A stretch of 32,875 bases of DNA from Opitutia bacterium (GTDB lineage: Bacteria; Verrucomicrobiota; Verrucomicrobiia; Opitutales; T3Sed10-336), in NCBI GenBank assembly GCA_050506795.1, contig JBJHCF010000051.1, positions 1 to 32,875 on the forward strand, given 5' to 3'. The notes below the pieces were generated by a model. It was not told the DNA's origin and did not search any database. It saw only the letters and a list, made by a program, of their open reading frames with translations. The translations under genes and the position numbers were made by a program. The first letter of the stretch is position 1; every line of letters starts with the position of its first letter. Positions 7,957 to 18,073 of the stretch are shown in pieces.

Positions 7957-9138
7957 ATGACCACAAAGGCTCTTCTCAAAACCACGCTGATCCTAACCAC
8001 CCTGATTCCATCCGTCGCATTCGGCCTGGGAATACGCGTTGTCGATCATGACGCCTTTGCCACCGCGCGAGGCAACGCCTTTACCGCCACCGCCGACACG
8101 CCCGCAGGCATCTATTTTAATCCTGCCGGCATCACCCAGATTGATCAGCCGGCCCTCTCCGGCGGATTTTACGCCCTGTTCTTCGACGTCGAATACAAGA
8201 CCCCCGACGGAACCAAGCACAACAATGAAGCTCAATTCCAGCATGTTCCCCACGTTTATTTCACCTTGCCCATCCGAACAACCCCTTTAACCTTCGGGTA
8301 CTCGGTCCACGTTCCTTTCGGCCTGAGAAACGACTGGCCGGACGACACCAACTTCAGCGCGATCGCCACGCGCTCCAAGGTGTCTTACATCCGTCACAAT
8401 CCCGTGCTGGCATGGGAAATCAACCCCAGTTTTTCCATCGCAGCCGGTCTGACCATGAACGACGCCGAGGCGAATCTTCGACGAATAGACCCCAATTTCG
8501 GAGAAATTCGCACCGAACTTCGAGACCAGACCCTGGGTTACGTTCTGGCCGCTCGCTGGCAGCCGTCCGAACGCCATGCCTTTGGGGCCACCTACCACAG
8601 CCGAACCGACTTCGACCTGAAGGGTTCCGTTGCCGCGGCCGGAATGGAACCGGACGCAACCGCGGATTTCCCCTTCCCGGAAGTGGTCATGCTGGGGTAC
8701 TCCTATCGTCCCACACCGGCCTGGAATTTCGAGGTCAACCTTGACTGGACCAATTGGGACATCCTGAAAACGGTCACCGTGGAAATTGACGACCCAAACT
8801 TCAACGACGAAGACATGGAATTCAATTGGAAATCAAGTCTGGTCTACAAGGCGGGCGTAACCCGTTTCTTTGACAACGGATATCGCTTCAGCCTGGGCTA
8901 CATGTTCAGCGAAAATTCGGTTCCGAATCAGTACTTCAATCCTGCCGTTCCGGAATACGACCGGCATCTGGCGACCACTGGGATAGGTTACTCCTACGAC
9001 TGGATCAGTTGGGACCTGGCCTACGAATTCGGTTACTCACCCACCAGGCGGGTTCGCGGCAGTCCTTTTGGATTGGCCGACGGCGATTACCGGACGATCG
9101 TCCACGGCTTCGTCGGCACGATGTCGTTCTACTTTTAG
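7957..9138 (+). CDS. OmpP1/FadL/TodX family outer-membrane transporter
   Basis: Signal peptide, ARGNAFTATADTPAGIYFNPAGITQI hatch motif, VPFGLRNDW, amphipathic beta strands, C-terminal YF. Confidence 0.93.
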   Translation: MTTKALLKTTLILTTLIPSVAFGLGIRVVDHDAFATARGNAFTATADTPAGIYFNPAGITQIDQPALSGGFYALFFDVEYKTPDGTKHNNEAQFQHVPHVYFTLPIRTTPLTFGYSVHVPFGLRNDWPDDTNFSAIATRSKVSYIRHNPVLAWEINPSFSIAAGLTMNDAEANLRRIDPNFGEIRTELRDQTLGYVLAARWQPSERHAFGATYHSRTDFDLKGSVAAAGMEPDATADFPFPEVVMLGYSYRPTPAWNFEVNLDWTNWDILKTVTVEIDDPNFNDEDMEFNWKSSLVYKAGVTRFFDNGYRFSLGYMFSENSVPNQYFNPAVPEYDRHLATTGIGYSYDWISWDLAYEFGYSPTRRVRGSPFGLADGDYRTIVHGFVGTMSFYF

Positions 9139-9156
9139 GCCGACCCGGGACGGGTT

Positions 9157-10017
9157 TTAGTCAAAGACCACGGTCTTTCGGCCGTAAACGAGGATTCGAT
9201 GTTCAAGCTGCCAGGCGACCGCCTGCGAGAGAACGATCTTTTCGAGGTCTCTCCCCTTCCTGATGAGGTCGCGTACCCCGTGGCGGTGCGAAACACGCAC
9301 CACGTCCTGATGAATAATGGGGCCGTCATCCAATACCGCGGTCGCGTAGTGGGCGGTGGCTCCGATGAGCTTGACGCCCCGGCTGTGAGCCTGGTGGTAG
9401 GGTTTCCCTCCGACAAATGCGGGCAGAAAAGAGTGATGAATATTGATCACCGGGACGCCCAACCGGTCGAGGAAGTCTTCTGACAACACCTGCATGTAGC
9501 GGGCCATGACCACAAAATCGGGTTTTACCGCCCGCAGGATTTCGATCTGACGGCTTTCCGCCTCATTCCGGTTTTCAACCGAAACGGGAACGTGATGAAA
9601 CGGCAATCCGTAATGCTCACAATCCGAACGAACGGTCTCGTGATTGGAGATGACACAAGCGAGCCGGCACTGAAACTCTTTCGTTCGCCAACGTTGCACC
9701 AGGTCGTGAAAACAGTGCGGGTAGCGTGAAACCAGGATGGCGAATACCGGGTCGTGATCGGGAAGCGCCACTCGCACCCTCATGCCAAGCGTCGAAGCGT
9801 GAGTTTCGAAGGCACTTGCTTCGGCATGCAGGTCTTCCGACCCCCCGTCCCATTCAATCCGCTGAAAGAAAATTCCCTCCTCCCGATCACGATGCTGATC
9901 GGCATGAATAATGTTGCCGCCGTGCCGGTAGATCCAACCGGACAACTCCGCTACAATGCCTCTGCGGTCAGGACCGGAAAGGAGAGCGACCAATCGTCTC
10001 TGACGTGATTCCCCCAT
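9157..10017 (-). CDS. purU: Formyltetrahydrofolate deformylase
   Basis: ACT domain GPDRRGIVA, then MARYMQVLS, INIHHSFLPAFVGGKPYHQAHSRGVKLIGATAHY, LDDGPIIHQ. Confidence 0.97.
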   Translation of the reverse strand: MGESRQRRLVALLSGPDRRGIVAELSGWIYRHGGNIIHADQHRDREEGIFFQRIEWDGGSEDLHAEASAFETHASTLGMRVRVALPDHDPVFAILVSRYPHCFHDLVQRWRTKEFQCRLACVISNHETVRSDCEHYGLPFHHVPVSVENRNEAESRQIEILRAVKPDFVVMARYMQVLSEDFLDRLGVPVINIHHSFLPAFVGGKPYHQAHSRGVKLIGATAHYATAVLDDGPIIHQDVVRVSHRHGVRDLIRKGRDLEKIVLSQAVAWQLEHRILVYGRKTVVFD

Positions 10018-10021
10018 TCAA

Positions 10022-13000
10022 TCAGGAGGGAACGCCGCTATCGACGTTCTTGTAGTAGGATTGCAGCGAGCGAACCTGAACCGGTTTCTGCGCGGTGGTA
10101 CGGATGCCGTTCAGGGCCGCAAAAGCGCCGGTAATGGTTGTCATGATACAAACATTATGAGCGACGGCCACTGATCGGATCTTATTCTCATCCTGAAGCG
10201 GAATCATTCCCGAAGGCGTGTTGATGATCATGGAGATCTCTCCGTTTTTCAGCATGTCCACCACGTTGGGTCGACCCTCGTCCAGCTTGAAAAGCCGGTT
10301 AACTTCGATTCCGTTTTCACTGAGGTACTTGGCGGTACCGCCGGTGGAGTAGATCGCGAATCCGAGTTCCTGCAATCCTTTGGCCAATTCGACCACCCGC
10401 GGTTTATCCGCGTCTTTGACGCTCAAAAACACATTCCCAGATGCGGGCAACGGTGGTTTCGCCGCCATCTGGGTTTTAACGAACGCGATGCCCAGATCCT
10501 CATCAAGCCCCATCACTTCACCGGTACTGCGCATCTCCGGACTCAGGGCGACTGAAGCGCCGGGGAACCGAACAAACGGAAACACCGACTCCTTGATACA
10601 CCAGTGACGCGGTATCCGCTCCTCGGTGAAGTTCAAGTCGGCCAGTTTCGCTCCCGCCATCACCCGCGCCGCGATCTTTGCCATAGGAACGCCGATGGCC
10701 TTGCTGACAAAAGGTACCGTGCGCGAGGCGCGGGGATTGACCTCGAGGACATACAATTCGTCATCCTTGATCGCAAACTGGATGTTCATCAGTCCCACCA
10801 CCTTGAGTTCCCTCGCCAGGGCATGGGTGGCCTCGCGCACCCGATTCAACATTGAGTCGTTCAGAGTATGGGGAGGCATAACCATTGCGGCGTCGCCGCT
10901 ATGCACACCGGCGAATTCGATGTGTTCGAGCATTCCGCCTATCACCGAGGTCTCGCCGTCCGAGACACAATCCACATCCAACTCGATCGCATCCTCCAGA
11001 AACTGATCAATCAGGAGGGGTTTGTCCGGGGAGGCATCCACCGCCTGTCGAATCACCAACTTCAATTCCTCCATGGAATAGACGATAAACATGCCTCGAC
11101 CTCCCAGTACGAAAGACGGACGCAGCAGAACCGGAAACCCGATTTCCTCCGCCAACTCGTAGGCTTCTTCGGCATTCTTTGCGATGGCGTTGCGGGGCTG
11201 CTTAAGATCGATTCGGTTCAAAACCTTGATAAACTGCTCACGGTCCTCGGCCAAATCGATCGATTCCGGGGAGGTGCCGATGATATTCACCCCGTGTTTC
11301 TTCAGGTCGCTGGCGAGGTTAAGAGGAGTTTGACCTCCGAACTGAACGATGGCTCCATCGCACTTCTCCTGCCGGTAGATCTCCAACACGTCGTCCAGGG
11401 TCAGCGGCTCGAAATACAACCGGTCGGAGGTGTCATAATCGGTGGAGACGGTTTCCGGATTGGAATTGACCATAACGGTTTCATAACCGTCTTCGCGCAG
11501 CGCGAATGAAGCGTGCACGCAACAGTAGTCGAACTCGATCCCCTGGCCGATTCGGTTTGGACCGCCGCCCAGGATCATAATCTTTTTCCGGTCGGAGGGA
11601 ATGACCTCATTCTCGTCGCCGTACGAGGAATAATAGTACGGGGTGAACGCCTCAAACTCCGCGGCGCAGGTATCGACGAGGCGGAAGGTGGTCTGGATGT
11701 CCAGCTCCTTTCGCCGCTGCCGAACGCCCTCCAGTTGGGCGCCGACCATGGTCGCAATCTGCTGGTCGGTGAACCCGAATTTCTTGGCCCGCAGGAAGAG
11801 ATCCCGGTCGAGAGAATCCAGCGTCTTCTCCTTCAACAACTCCTCCATGCGATGGATTTCGAAAAGCTGCATTAGGAACCAGATATCGATCTTGGTCAGT
11901 TCCTGCACCTCATCCGGAGACATGCCGGCTTTAAAGGCGTACCGGATGTAAAAGATTCTCTCGGCATTGGGTTTGATCAAACGCCGGCGGATCGTATCCG
12001 CGTCGGGGATGTCGTTGTCGCCGTACTTGCCGCCGCCCCCGAATCCACGGGCCCCGATCTCCAGCGATCGCAATGCTTTCTGTACGGATTCGCGAAAAGT
12101 ACGGCCGATCGCCATCGCCTCTCCCACCGATTTCATGGAGGACGTCAGCGTGGTGTCGGCTCCGGCGAACTTTTCAAAAGTGAAGCGCGGAATCTTGGTG
12201 ACCACATAGTCGATGGTCGGTTCAAAACTGGCCGGAGTCTCGCGGGTAATGTCGTTGCGCAACTCGTCGAGCGTGTAGCCAACCGCCAGTTTGGCCGCGA
12301 TTTTGGCTATCGGGAAGCCGGTCGCCTTGGAGGCGAGCGCGGAACTGCGCGACACCCGGGGATTCATTTCAATCACCACCATGCGGCCCGTTTGAGGGTC
12401 CACCGCGAACTGAATATTGCTGCCGCCGGTCTCAACCCCGATCTCGCGAATCACCGCAAAAGAGGCGTCGCGCATCAGTTGGAATTCTTTGTCGGTAAGC
12501 GTCAGGGCGGGCGCCACGGTTATCGAATCCCCGGTGTGCACCCCCATCGGATCAAAATTTTCGATAGAGCAGATGACGACACACTGGTCCTTGTGGTCAC
12601 GCATCACCTCCATTTCATATTCCTTCCAACCCAGAAGGCACTCCTCGATCAGGACCTCATGGACCGGTGAAATATCGAGCCCATGGGCGACAATCTGCTC
12701 GAACTCCTCCCGGTTGTAGGCGATCCCTCCTCCGGCGCCGCCAAGGGTGTAACTTGGGCGCACGATCACCGGAAACGATCCCAGTTCGGTGGTCGCCTCC
12801 AGTGCTTCGGCCATATTTTTCACCCGGGCGGAGCGAGCGACATCGAGCCCGATCTTGAGCATCGCCTCCTTGAAGAGCTCCCTATCCTCGCCCTTCATAA
12901 TGGCTTCGATACGGGCGCCGATCAATTCGACCCCGTATTTTTCGAGAACCCCGGCTTTGTCGAGATCGATGGAAAGGTTCAGCGCGGTTTGCCCCCCAAG

Positions 13001-13267
13001 GGTCGGCAACAGGGCATCGGGCTTCTCCACCGCAATGATCTTTTCGAGCATTTCCACCGTAAGCGGCTCGATGTAAGTCACATCGGCAAAATCCGGGTCG
13101 GTCATGATGGTGGCGGGGTTACTGTTGACCAGCACAACTCGATACCCCTCCTCGCGGAGAGCTTTACACGCCTGGGTGCCACTGTAGTCGAACTCACAGG
13201 CCTGTCCAATGACAATCGGCCCGGATCCGATGATGAGAATGCTTTTGATATCGGTACGTTTTGGCAT
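10022..13267 (-). CDS. carB: Carbamoyl-phosphate synthase large subunit
   Basis: [30 protein letters not shown], duplicated ATP-grasp domains, C-terminal MGS domain, 1081 aa. Confidence 0.99.
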   Translation of the reverse strand: MPKRTDIKSILIIGSGPIVIGQACEFDYSGTQACKALREEGYRVVLVNSNPATIMTDPDFADVTYIEPLTVEMLEKIIAVEKPDALLPTLGGQTALNLSIDLDKAGVLEKYGVELIGARIEAIMKGEDRELFKEAMLKIGLDVARSARVKNMAEALEATTELGSFPVIVRPSYTLGGAGGGIAYNREEFEQIVAHGLDISPVHEVLIEECLLGWKEYEMEVMRDHKDQCVVICSIENFDPMGVHTGDSITVAPALTLTDKEFQLMRDASFAVIREIGVETGGSNIQFAVDPQTGRMVVIEMNPRVSRSSALASKATGFPIAKIAAKLAVGYTLDELRNDITRETPASFEPTIDYVVTKIPRFTFEKFAGADTTLTSSMKSVGEAMAIGRTFRESVQKALRSLEIGARGFGGGGKYGDNDIPDADTIRRRLIKPNAERIFYIRYAFKAGMSPDEVQELTKIDIWFLMQLFEIHRMEELLKEKTLDSLDRDLFLRAKKFGFTDQQIATMVGAQLEGVRQRRKELDIQTTFRLVDTCAAEFEAFTPYYYSSYGDENEVIPSDRKKIMILGGGPNRIGQGIEFDYCCVHASFALREDGYETVMVNSNPETVSTDYDTSDRLYFEPLTLDDVLEIYRQEKCDGAIVQFGGQTPLNLASDLKKHGVNIIGTSPESIDLAEDREQFIKVLNRIDLKQPRNAIAKNAEEAYELAEEIGFPVLLRPSFVLGGRGMFIVYSMEELKLVIRQAVDASPDKPLLIDQFLEDAIELDVDCVSDGETSVIGGMLEHIEFAGVHSGDAAMVMPPHTLNDSMLNRVREATHALARELKVVGLMNIQFAIKDDELYVLEVNPRASRTVPFVSKAIGVPMAKIAARVMAGAKLADLNFTEERIPRHWCIKESVFPFVRFPGASVALSPEMRSTGEVMGLDEDLGIAFVKTQMAAKPPLPASGNVFLSVKDADKPRVVELAKGLQELGFAIYSTGGTAKYLSENGIEVNRLFKLDEGRPNVVDMLKNGEISMIINTPSGMIPLQDENKIRSVAVAHNVCIMTTITGAFAALNGIRTTAQKPVQVRSLQSYYKNVDSGVPS

Positions 13268-13395
13268 GGATATATAAAGAGTTCATCCATTCCTGAATAA
13301 GAACGGACTCAGCGCAAGCGAGAAAGCCACCCGAGGCACGCGGGACCGCCCGCCGCCGGATTCTAAGCGCTTCGAGCCGGAAGCTTGGCGGCGTC

Positions 13396-14685
13396 TCAGG
13401 AGTTCACCAGGGGCTGCAGCCGGGATGGCTCGCACCCCAAAACGCCAAGCGCCTTTTCCTCATCGTTCCCGCAAGCGGCCAACACGGCTCGAATATAATG
13501 CCTCTCCCGTGGGGCCAGGTATTCATCCAGAGTCGGCCAATCGGCCAGCGGACGGATCCGCAAGGGAAGGTGTTCCAGGTCAATGACCCGCTCCTCCGCT
13601 GTGGAGACCAGACTGGAAACCACCTGGTTGAGCTCCGTCAAGTTGCCCGGCCAACCGTAGCGGGTCATGGCCTCCAGGGCCTCCGGGGTAAATTCAATTT
13701 GCCGGGCGTCGAATTTCGAACCCTCCACCCGGGCAACGCGGGTTTTCAGAATCGATTCCAGGTCCGCGAAATTCTCGCGCAAAGGCGGGAGGTTCACCGG
13801 CAAGGTGGCAATACGATAGAACAACTCATCGCTGAATTCGCCTTCATCGACGCATTCCTCCAGGTCGATGGTGGAGGAGCAGATCAGGCGAAACCGGCTG
13901 ATATTGTTCTTCAAAACACTCACCAGCGTTTCCTGCATATCCGCGGAAAGCCGGTCTATATTCTCCAGGAACAGCGTACCTCCGGCCGCCTCCTGAATCC
14001 AGGGCCCCCCTTGATTGTCTTCTCCGAACAGGCTTTCCCGAAAACTGTCGTCATCCCCCAGTGAACAGTCCACCGCGATGAGGGACGCCTCCTCACCGCC
14101 TCGGCCGCGATGAAGGATCTCCGCCAACATCTTTTTCCCGGTTCCCGTTTCGCCCTGGAGGAGAACCGGAGTCTGCGATCCGATCAACTTGGCGACCTGC
14201 TGGCGCAGCCGAACCGCCTTCTGACTGGTCCCGGGCAACAATTCCTCCAATTCCCCGCTGCTCTCCGATGCCGAGGCGACCGGCGCCGGCATCGCCGCCG
14301 AACCCTGACTCGCGGCCAGGACTTTCCGGTACTCGACCGCCCGATCGAGAGTCTGGAGGAGCTCATCCACCTTGAAAGGCTTCTTGATGTAGTCGAAAGC
14401 ACCGTATTTCAGGGCCTTGATGGCGGTATCGGTGCTGGCGTAGCCAGTCATCATGATCACCACACACTGGGGGTCGTAGCTTTTGAGCTGTTTCAGGAGG
14501 GTAATTCCATCCATGGGTTGCATGGAAATGTCCGCCAAAACCACATCGAACCCCCGGGATTTATACAAGGCCAAAGCCTTCTCGCCGTCCTGAGCAAACA
14601 CGGGCTCGTGGCCGGTCGGTTGAATGACCGCCTCCAGCATTTCATGAATGGAGGACAAGTCATCTACGATAAGTAAGGATGCCAT
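13396..14685 (-). CDS. NtrC/PilR-type response regulator (REC + degenerate AAA+ domain)
   Basis: REC: LLIVDD, VLADISMQPMDG, MTGY, YIKKPF. AAA+: LLQGETGTGK, GGTLFLENID, ELFYRI, WPGNLTEL. No GAFTGA motif. Start at MASLLIVDD. Confidence 0.9.
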   Translation of the reverse strand: MASLLIVDDLSSIHEMLEAVIQPTGHEPVFAQDGEKALALYKSRGFDVVLADISMQPMDGITLLKQLKSYDPQCVVIMMTGYASTDTAIKALKYGAFDYIKKPFKVDELLQTLDRAVEYRKVLAASQGSAAMPAPVASASESSGELEELLPGTSQKAVRLRQQVAKLIGSQTPVLLQGETGTGKKMLAEILHRGRGGEEASLIAVDCSLGDDDSFRESLFGEDNQGGPWIQEAAGGTLFLENIDRLSADMQETLVSVLKNNISRFRLICSSTIDLEECVDEGEFSDELFYRIATLPVNLPPLRENFADLESILKTRVARVEGSKFDARQIEFTPEALEAMTRYGWPGNLTELNQVVSSLVSTAEERVIDLEHLPLRIRPLADWPTLDEYLAPRERHYIRAVLAACGNDEEKALGVLGCEPSRLQPLVNS

Positions 14686-14760
14686 AGGATACGATTGAAC
14701 TGAGGGAATGCGCCCGCGGTGACAATGCCTCACCGTTTAAAGACGCCTGGCTGACAAAGG

Positions 14761-15936
14761 TCAACCTCCCACTACGTTGGAGAGCTCGAAAATCGGAAGG
14801 AACATCGCCATCACGATTCCCCCGACAATCACCCCGATCACAACGATCATTATCGGCTCCAAAAGCGAGGTCAAGCCAGACACGGTGGTATCGACCTCGG
14901 TGTCGTAGAAATCGGCCACTTTCAGCATCATTCCATCGACATTGCCCGTTTGTTCACCCGCTTTCACCATGTGTTTCATCATCGGGGGAAAGTACGGATC
15001 CTCCCGCAACACGTCGGAAACCTGCCCCCCCTGGCTGATGCTTTTGGAAATTTCGCGGCAGGCATCTTCCACGTAGGTATTGTCGCTGGCGGAGGACACG
15101 ATCTCCAATGATCGAAGAATGGGAACGCCGCTGCGCGAAAGGATCGCGTAGGTCCGGCAGAAACGCGACAGGGAAATCTTCTGCCGCAGGTTCCCAATGA
15201 TCGGCAGACGCATGAAAAGTTGGTCGCGGAAGCGCCGCCCTCTCTCGGTGCTCAGAAACTTCTTGAGGATATAAACGGCTACCCCGCCCCCGAGGATGAG
15301 GAAAACGATATTACTCTTCAGGAACCCGCTGACATCGATCAGCATCTGGGTCGGCGCCGGAAGGGCCTCCCCGAAATCCTCGAACATTTCGGCGAAAACC
15401 GGGATAACAAAAATGAGCAGGACGTTGACCAGAATTATGGAAAGACTGATCACCGCTATCGGGTAGGTGAGCGCCGATTTGACCTTTTTCGTAAGCGCCA
15501 GGGTCGCTTCAAAGTAGTCGGCCACCTTTTTGAGAATGGGCGCCAGGGCGCCGCTGGCCTCACCGGCCTCGACCATGGACACAAAAAGATTGTTGAACGC
15601 GCGCGGGTATTTCCGCGACGCCGCCGAAAGGGGATTGCCCGAAGCAACCTCGTTCCGCACGTCGCGAATGATGACCCGGAAAACCGGGTCCTCGGTCTGT
15701 TCCATCAGTGCCTCGAGAGAACTGACCATGGGCAAGCCGGCCTCCAGCATCGAACCCAATTGCTGGGTGAATACCGTAAGGTCTCCCAGCTTGATCTTGT
15801 ATTTCTTGGCCTTCTTTTCATAGGCGCGCATCTTGGCCAGTTTCTGCGACTCGGAAAAACTGACCCGTTTCTTGGTCGCCGCCGTTCCGCCCATCGCCGG
15901 ACGCGCGCTTGCCGTAGTGGTGGAGATGAATGCCAT
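14761..15936 (-). CDS. pilC: Type II secretion F / type IV pilus platform protein, PilC-like
   Basis: FTQQLGSMLEAGLP, MVEAGEASGAL, KVKSALTYP, AGEQTGNVDGMM, LLEPIMIV, AMFLPIF. Start moved to ATG 15936 because the longer ORF overlaps a tRNA and rsmE. Confidence 0.93.
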   Translation of the reverse strand: MAFISTTTASARPAMGGTAATKKRVSFSESQKLAKMRAYEKKAKKYKIKLGDLTVFTQQLGSMLEAGLPMVSSLEALMEQTEDPVFRVIIRDVRNEVASGNPLSAASRKYPRAFNNLFVSMVEAGEASGALAPILKKVADYFEATLALTKKVKSALTYPIAVISLSIILVNVLLIFVIPVFAEMFEDFGEALPAPTQMLIDVSGFLKSNIVFLILGGGVAVYILKKFLSTERGRRFRDQLFMRLPIIGNLRQKISLSRFCRTYAILSRSGVPILRSLEIVSSASDNTYVEDACREISKSISQGGQVSDVLREDPYFPPMMKHMVKAGEQTGNVDGMMLKVADFYDTEVDTTVSGLTSLLEPIMIVVIGVIVGGIVMAMFLPIFELSNVVGG

Positions 15937-16076
15937 AAGTAGAGCTTGAAGGTATCTTGACAAGCCGTTTTCAGGCAACCTCAATGGTGGGTAATAAATG
16001 GTAAAAAAAAGCTTTGATTCCTGCGGGTCTTGTGCTCCATTGTCTATAGTTTCGCGGGGTAATCTCCGTGACGATC

Positions 16077-16147
16077 GCGGGTATAGTTTAGTGGTAAAAC
16101 TCCAGCCTTCCAAGCTGGCTACGTCGGTTCGATTCCGTCTACCCGCA
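16077..16147 (+). tRNA. tRNA-Gly(TCC)
   Basis: Cloverleaf: acceptor GCGGGTA/TACCCGC, D arm GTTT-AGTGGTA-AAAC, anticodon arm CCAGC-CTTCCAA-GCTGG, T arm GTCGG-TTCGATT-CCGTC. 71 nt, CCA not encoded. Confidence 0.95.
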
Positions 16148-16176
16148 CCGATCCGGCCCCTTAAGATTCTCTCCCC

Positions 16177-16893
16177 GTGAACCTGATCCTTTTCAGTCGA
16201 GAAGAGGTGCGGGAACCGCTTCCGCGATCCGATCCGCGAGCCCGGCACCTGCTGCATCACCTGAAGCGTGGCCGCGGGGAACGATTCGACGCGGGATTGA
16301 TCGACGGACCGCGCGGCAAGGGCTGGATCGAGGAATTTCATTCCGATCGACTGCAGTTGAATTTTGTGTGGGAGAACGCCACCCCTGCCTTCTCCCCTCT
16401 CGTTTTGGTGGTCGGTCTTCCCCGCCCCCAAACCGCCAGACGCATTCTGAGGGAGGCCGCGGCATTCGGGATCGAGGCGATTCTTTTTTTCGCCGCAGAT
16501 AAAGGGGTCGCCTCATACCGGTCCAGTAAACTCTGGGCCGGCAACGAATACCGCCAACGGTTGATTGAAGGGGCGGAGCAGGCCTTCTCCACCCGCTTGC
16601 CGCGGGTGACGCTCCATGACACCCTCGCCGAAGCCCTGGTCTCCCTGCCGACCGGCAGGGACCGGATCGCCCTGGATGTCTACGAGGCGGAGGCCTCACT
16701 CTCAACCCTCAAGACGTTACAGGCGGAGGCCACCCTGGCGGTTGGCCCCGAACGCGGTTGGGCGGCGGGAGAACGGGATGCCCTGCGCCGGGCCGGATTC
16801 CGGCTGGCTCATCTCGGCGACCGGGTGCTGCGCTCGGACACCGCCTGCATCTGCGGCATGAGTCTCGTGCTGGCGGCCCGGGGGAAACTGTAG
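16177..16893 (+). CDS. rsmE: 16S rRNA m3U1498 methyltransferase, RsmE family
   Basis: HLLHHLK, GAEQA, VGPERGWAAGE, HLGDRVLRSDTA (SPOUT C-terminus). Confidence 0.9.
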   Translation: MNLILFSREEVREPLPRSDPRARHLLHHLKRGRGERFDAGLIDGPRGKGWIEEFHSDRLQLNFVWENATPAFSPLVLVVGLPRPQTARRILREAAAFGIEAILFFAADKGVASYRSSKLWAGNEYRQRLIEGAEQAFSTRLPRVTLHDTLAEALVSLPTGRDRIALDVYEAEASLSTLKTLQAEATLAVGPERGWAAGERDALRRAGFRLAHLGDRVLRSDTACICGMSLVLAARGKL

Positions 16894-16970
16894 CGCCAAT
16901 TCAGGCGGCGGACGGTTTTTTCACCGGAGCGGGCTTGCCCGGATCGCGCTTTCGGAATGATGATCGAAAA

Positions 16971-18011
16971 GTGAACACCTCAGGAACGGAATCCGTCGAA
17001 TCGCGCATCTTAAAGGCGCTCCTGGAGTCGGGCGGGAGCCATCTCGCCGGCAGCCGCCTGGCCGAATCCCTGGGGGTTTCCCGGGTCACAATCTGGACCC
17101 ACATGGAGAATCTCCGAAGCGACGGATTTTCGATTGAGGCCATTCGCAATAAAGGCTACCGCCTCCTTCAGGTTCCCGAGGGTTTATCCGAACCCTACCT
17201 CCATTGCCTGTTGCCGGAACTCGCGGTGGGGAACCGGCTGCATTTCCATCGCCAAACCGGAAGCACCAACCGCGACGCCGAACGCCTGCTGGCGGAAGGA
17301 AAAGACGCCCCCTTTGTGGTCATGGCCCGGCGGCAGACCGCGGGACGCGGGCGATTGGGACGGCGATGGCAGAGCGACGATGAATCCAACCTTTATGCCA
17401 GTTTCGCCTTTCGACCACTGGCAACCCCGGAACGGATGCGGGATTTCACCCTCTGGATCGGAGCCTCCGTGTGCCGATGCCTGGAAGAGGAATCCGGGCT
17501 GAAACCCGGGCTGAAATGGCCCAACGATGTTTGGTACGGCGACCGCAAGATGGGAGGAATTCTGACCGAAGCCAAGGTCAACGCCGATCAGATTCTGGAA
17601 CTGGTTCTGGGTATCGGCCTGAACATCAACAGCACTCCCGCCATCTGGCCGACCCCGCTCTGCCACGAGGCGGTCTCGCTGCGGGAGGCGTTGGGACGTT
17701 CCGTCGACATTAATCGCCTCACCGCAACGCTGGTGAAATCCATCCTCCGGTCGTACGAAGCCTTCCTGGCTGGCAATCACCGGGAAGAGTTCCGCACCCT
17801 TTGGGAGCGCTACGACCTGCTCAACGGCCGGGAGGTGACGGCCTATCAAGGAACCCAAAAAGTGACCGGAAAAGCCGCCGGCATCGACGAATACGGCAGG
17901 CTCAAGGTGATCGCCAGTTCAGGTGAAACGGCACACCTCAGCGCGGGAGACGTCACCTTACGTTCAAATTCCGGCTTGAACTCCCGCCGGGAAAAGCCTC
18001 CGGAGCCGTGA
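16971..18011 (+). CDS. birA: Bifunctional biotin--[acetyl-CoA carboxylase] ligase / HTH repressor
   Basis: N-terminal wHTH (GSRLAESLGVSRVTIWTHMENLR...GYRL), GSTN, QTAGRGRLGRRW, LKWPND, KMGGILTE, GIGLN. GTG start at 16971. Confidence 0.96.
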   Translation: MNTSGTESVESRILKALLESGGSHLAGSRLAESLGVSRVTIWTHMENLRSDGFSIEAIRNKGYRLLQVPEGLSEPYLHCLLPELAVGNRLHFHRQTGSTNRDAERLLAEGKDAPFVVMARRQTAGRGRLGRRWQSDDESNLYASFAFRPLATPERMRDFTLWIGASVCRCLEEESGLKPGLKWPNDVWYGDRKMGGILTEAKVNADQILELVLGIGLNINSTPAIWPTPLCHEAVSLREALGRSVDINRLTATLVKSILRSYEAFLAGNHREEFRTLWERYDLLNGREVTAYQGTQKVTGKAAGIDEYGRLKVIASSGETAHLSAGDVTLRSNSGLNSRREKPPEP

Positions 18012-18073
18012 AGTCACCCTCCCGGGGAGAATTCTTCTTGCGATTGGGGTCGCGGTCGTGAGTCAAAAGAGGG

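Noticed and set aside
9143..9158. Intrinsic terminator between the fadL-like gene and purU
   Set aside because: Only a 5-bp stem with a 3-nt loop and a short T tract. Too weak to call.
10022..13267. carB without adjacent carA
   Set aside because: Split carA/carB is common in bacteria and is not informative from this window.
16077..16176. tRNA-Gly as an integration site for an island
   Set aside because: No integrase and no duplicated tRNA 3' end seen. The housekeeping gene rsmE follows within 30 bp.
15937..16431. N-terminal 164 aa of the 556-aa pilC ORF
   Set aside because: Overlaps tRNA-Gly and rsmE on the opposite strand. PilC-like sequence begins only after ATG 15936.
16758..16970. N-terminal extension of the birA ORF
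   Set aside because: Overlaps the rsmE 3' end. The wHTH starts just after GTG 16971.
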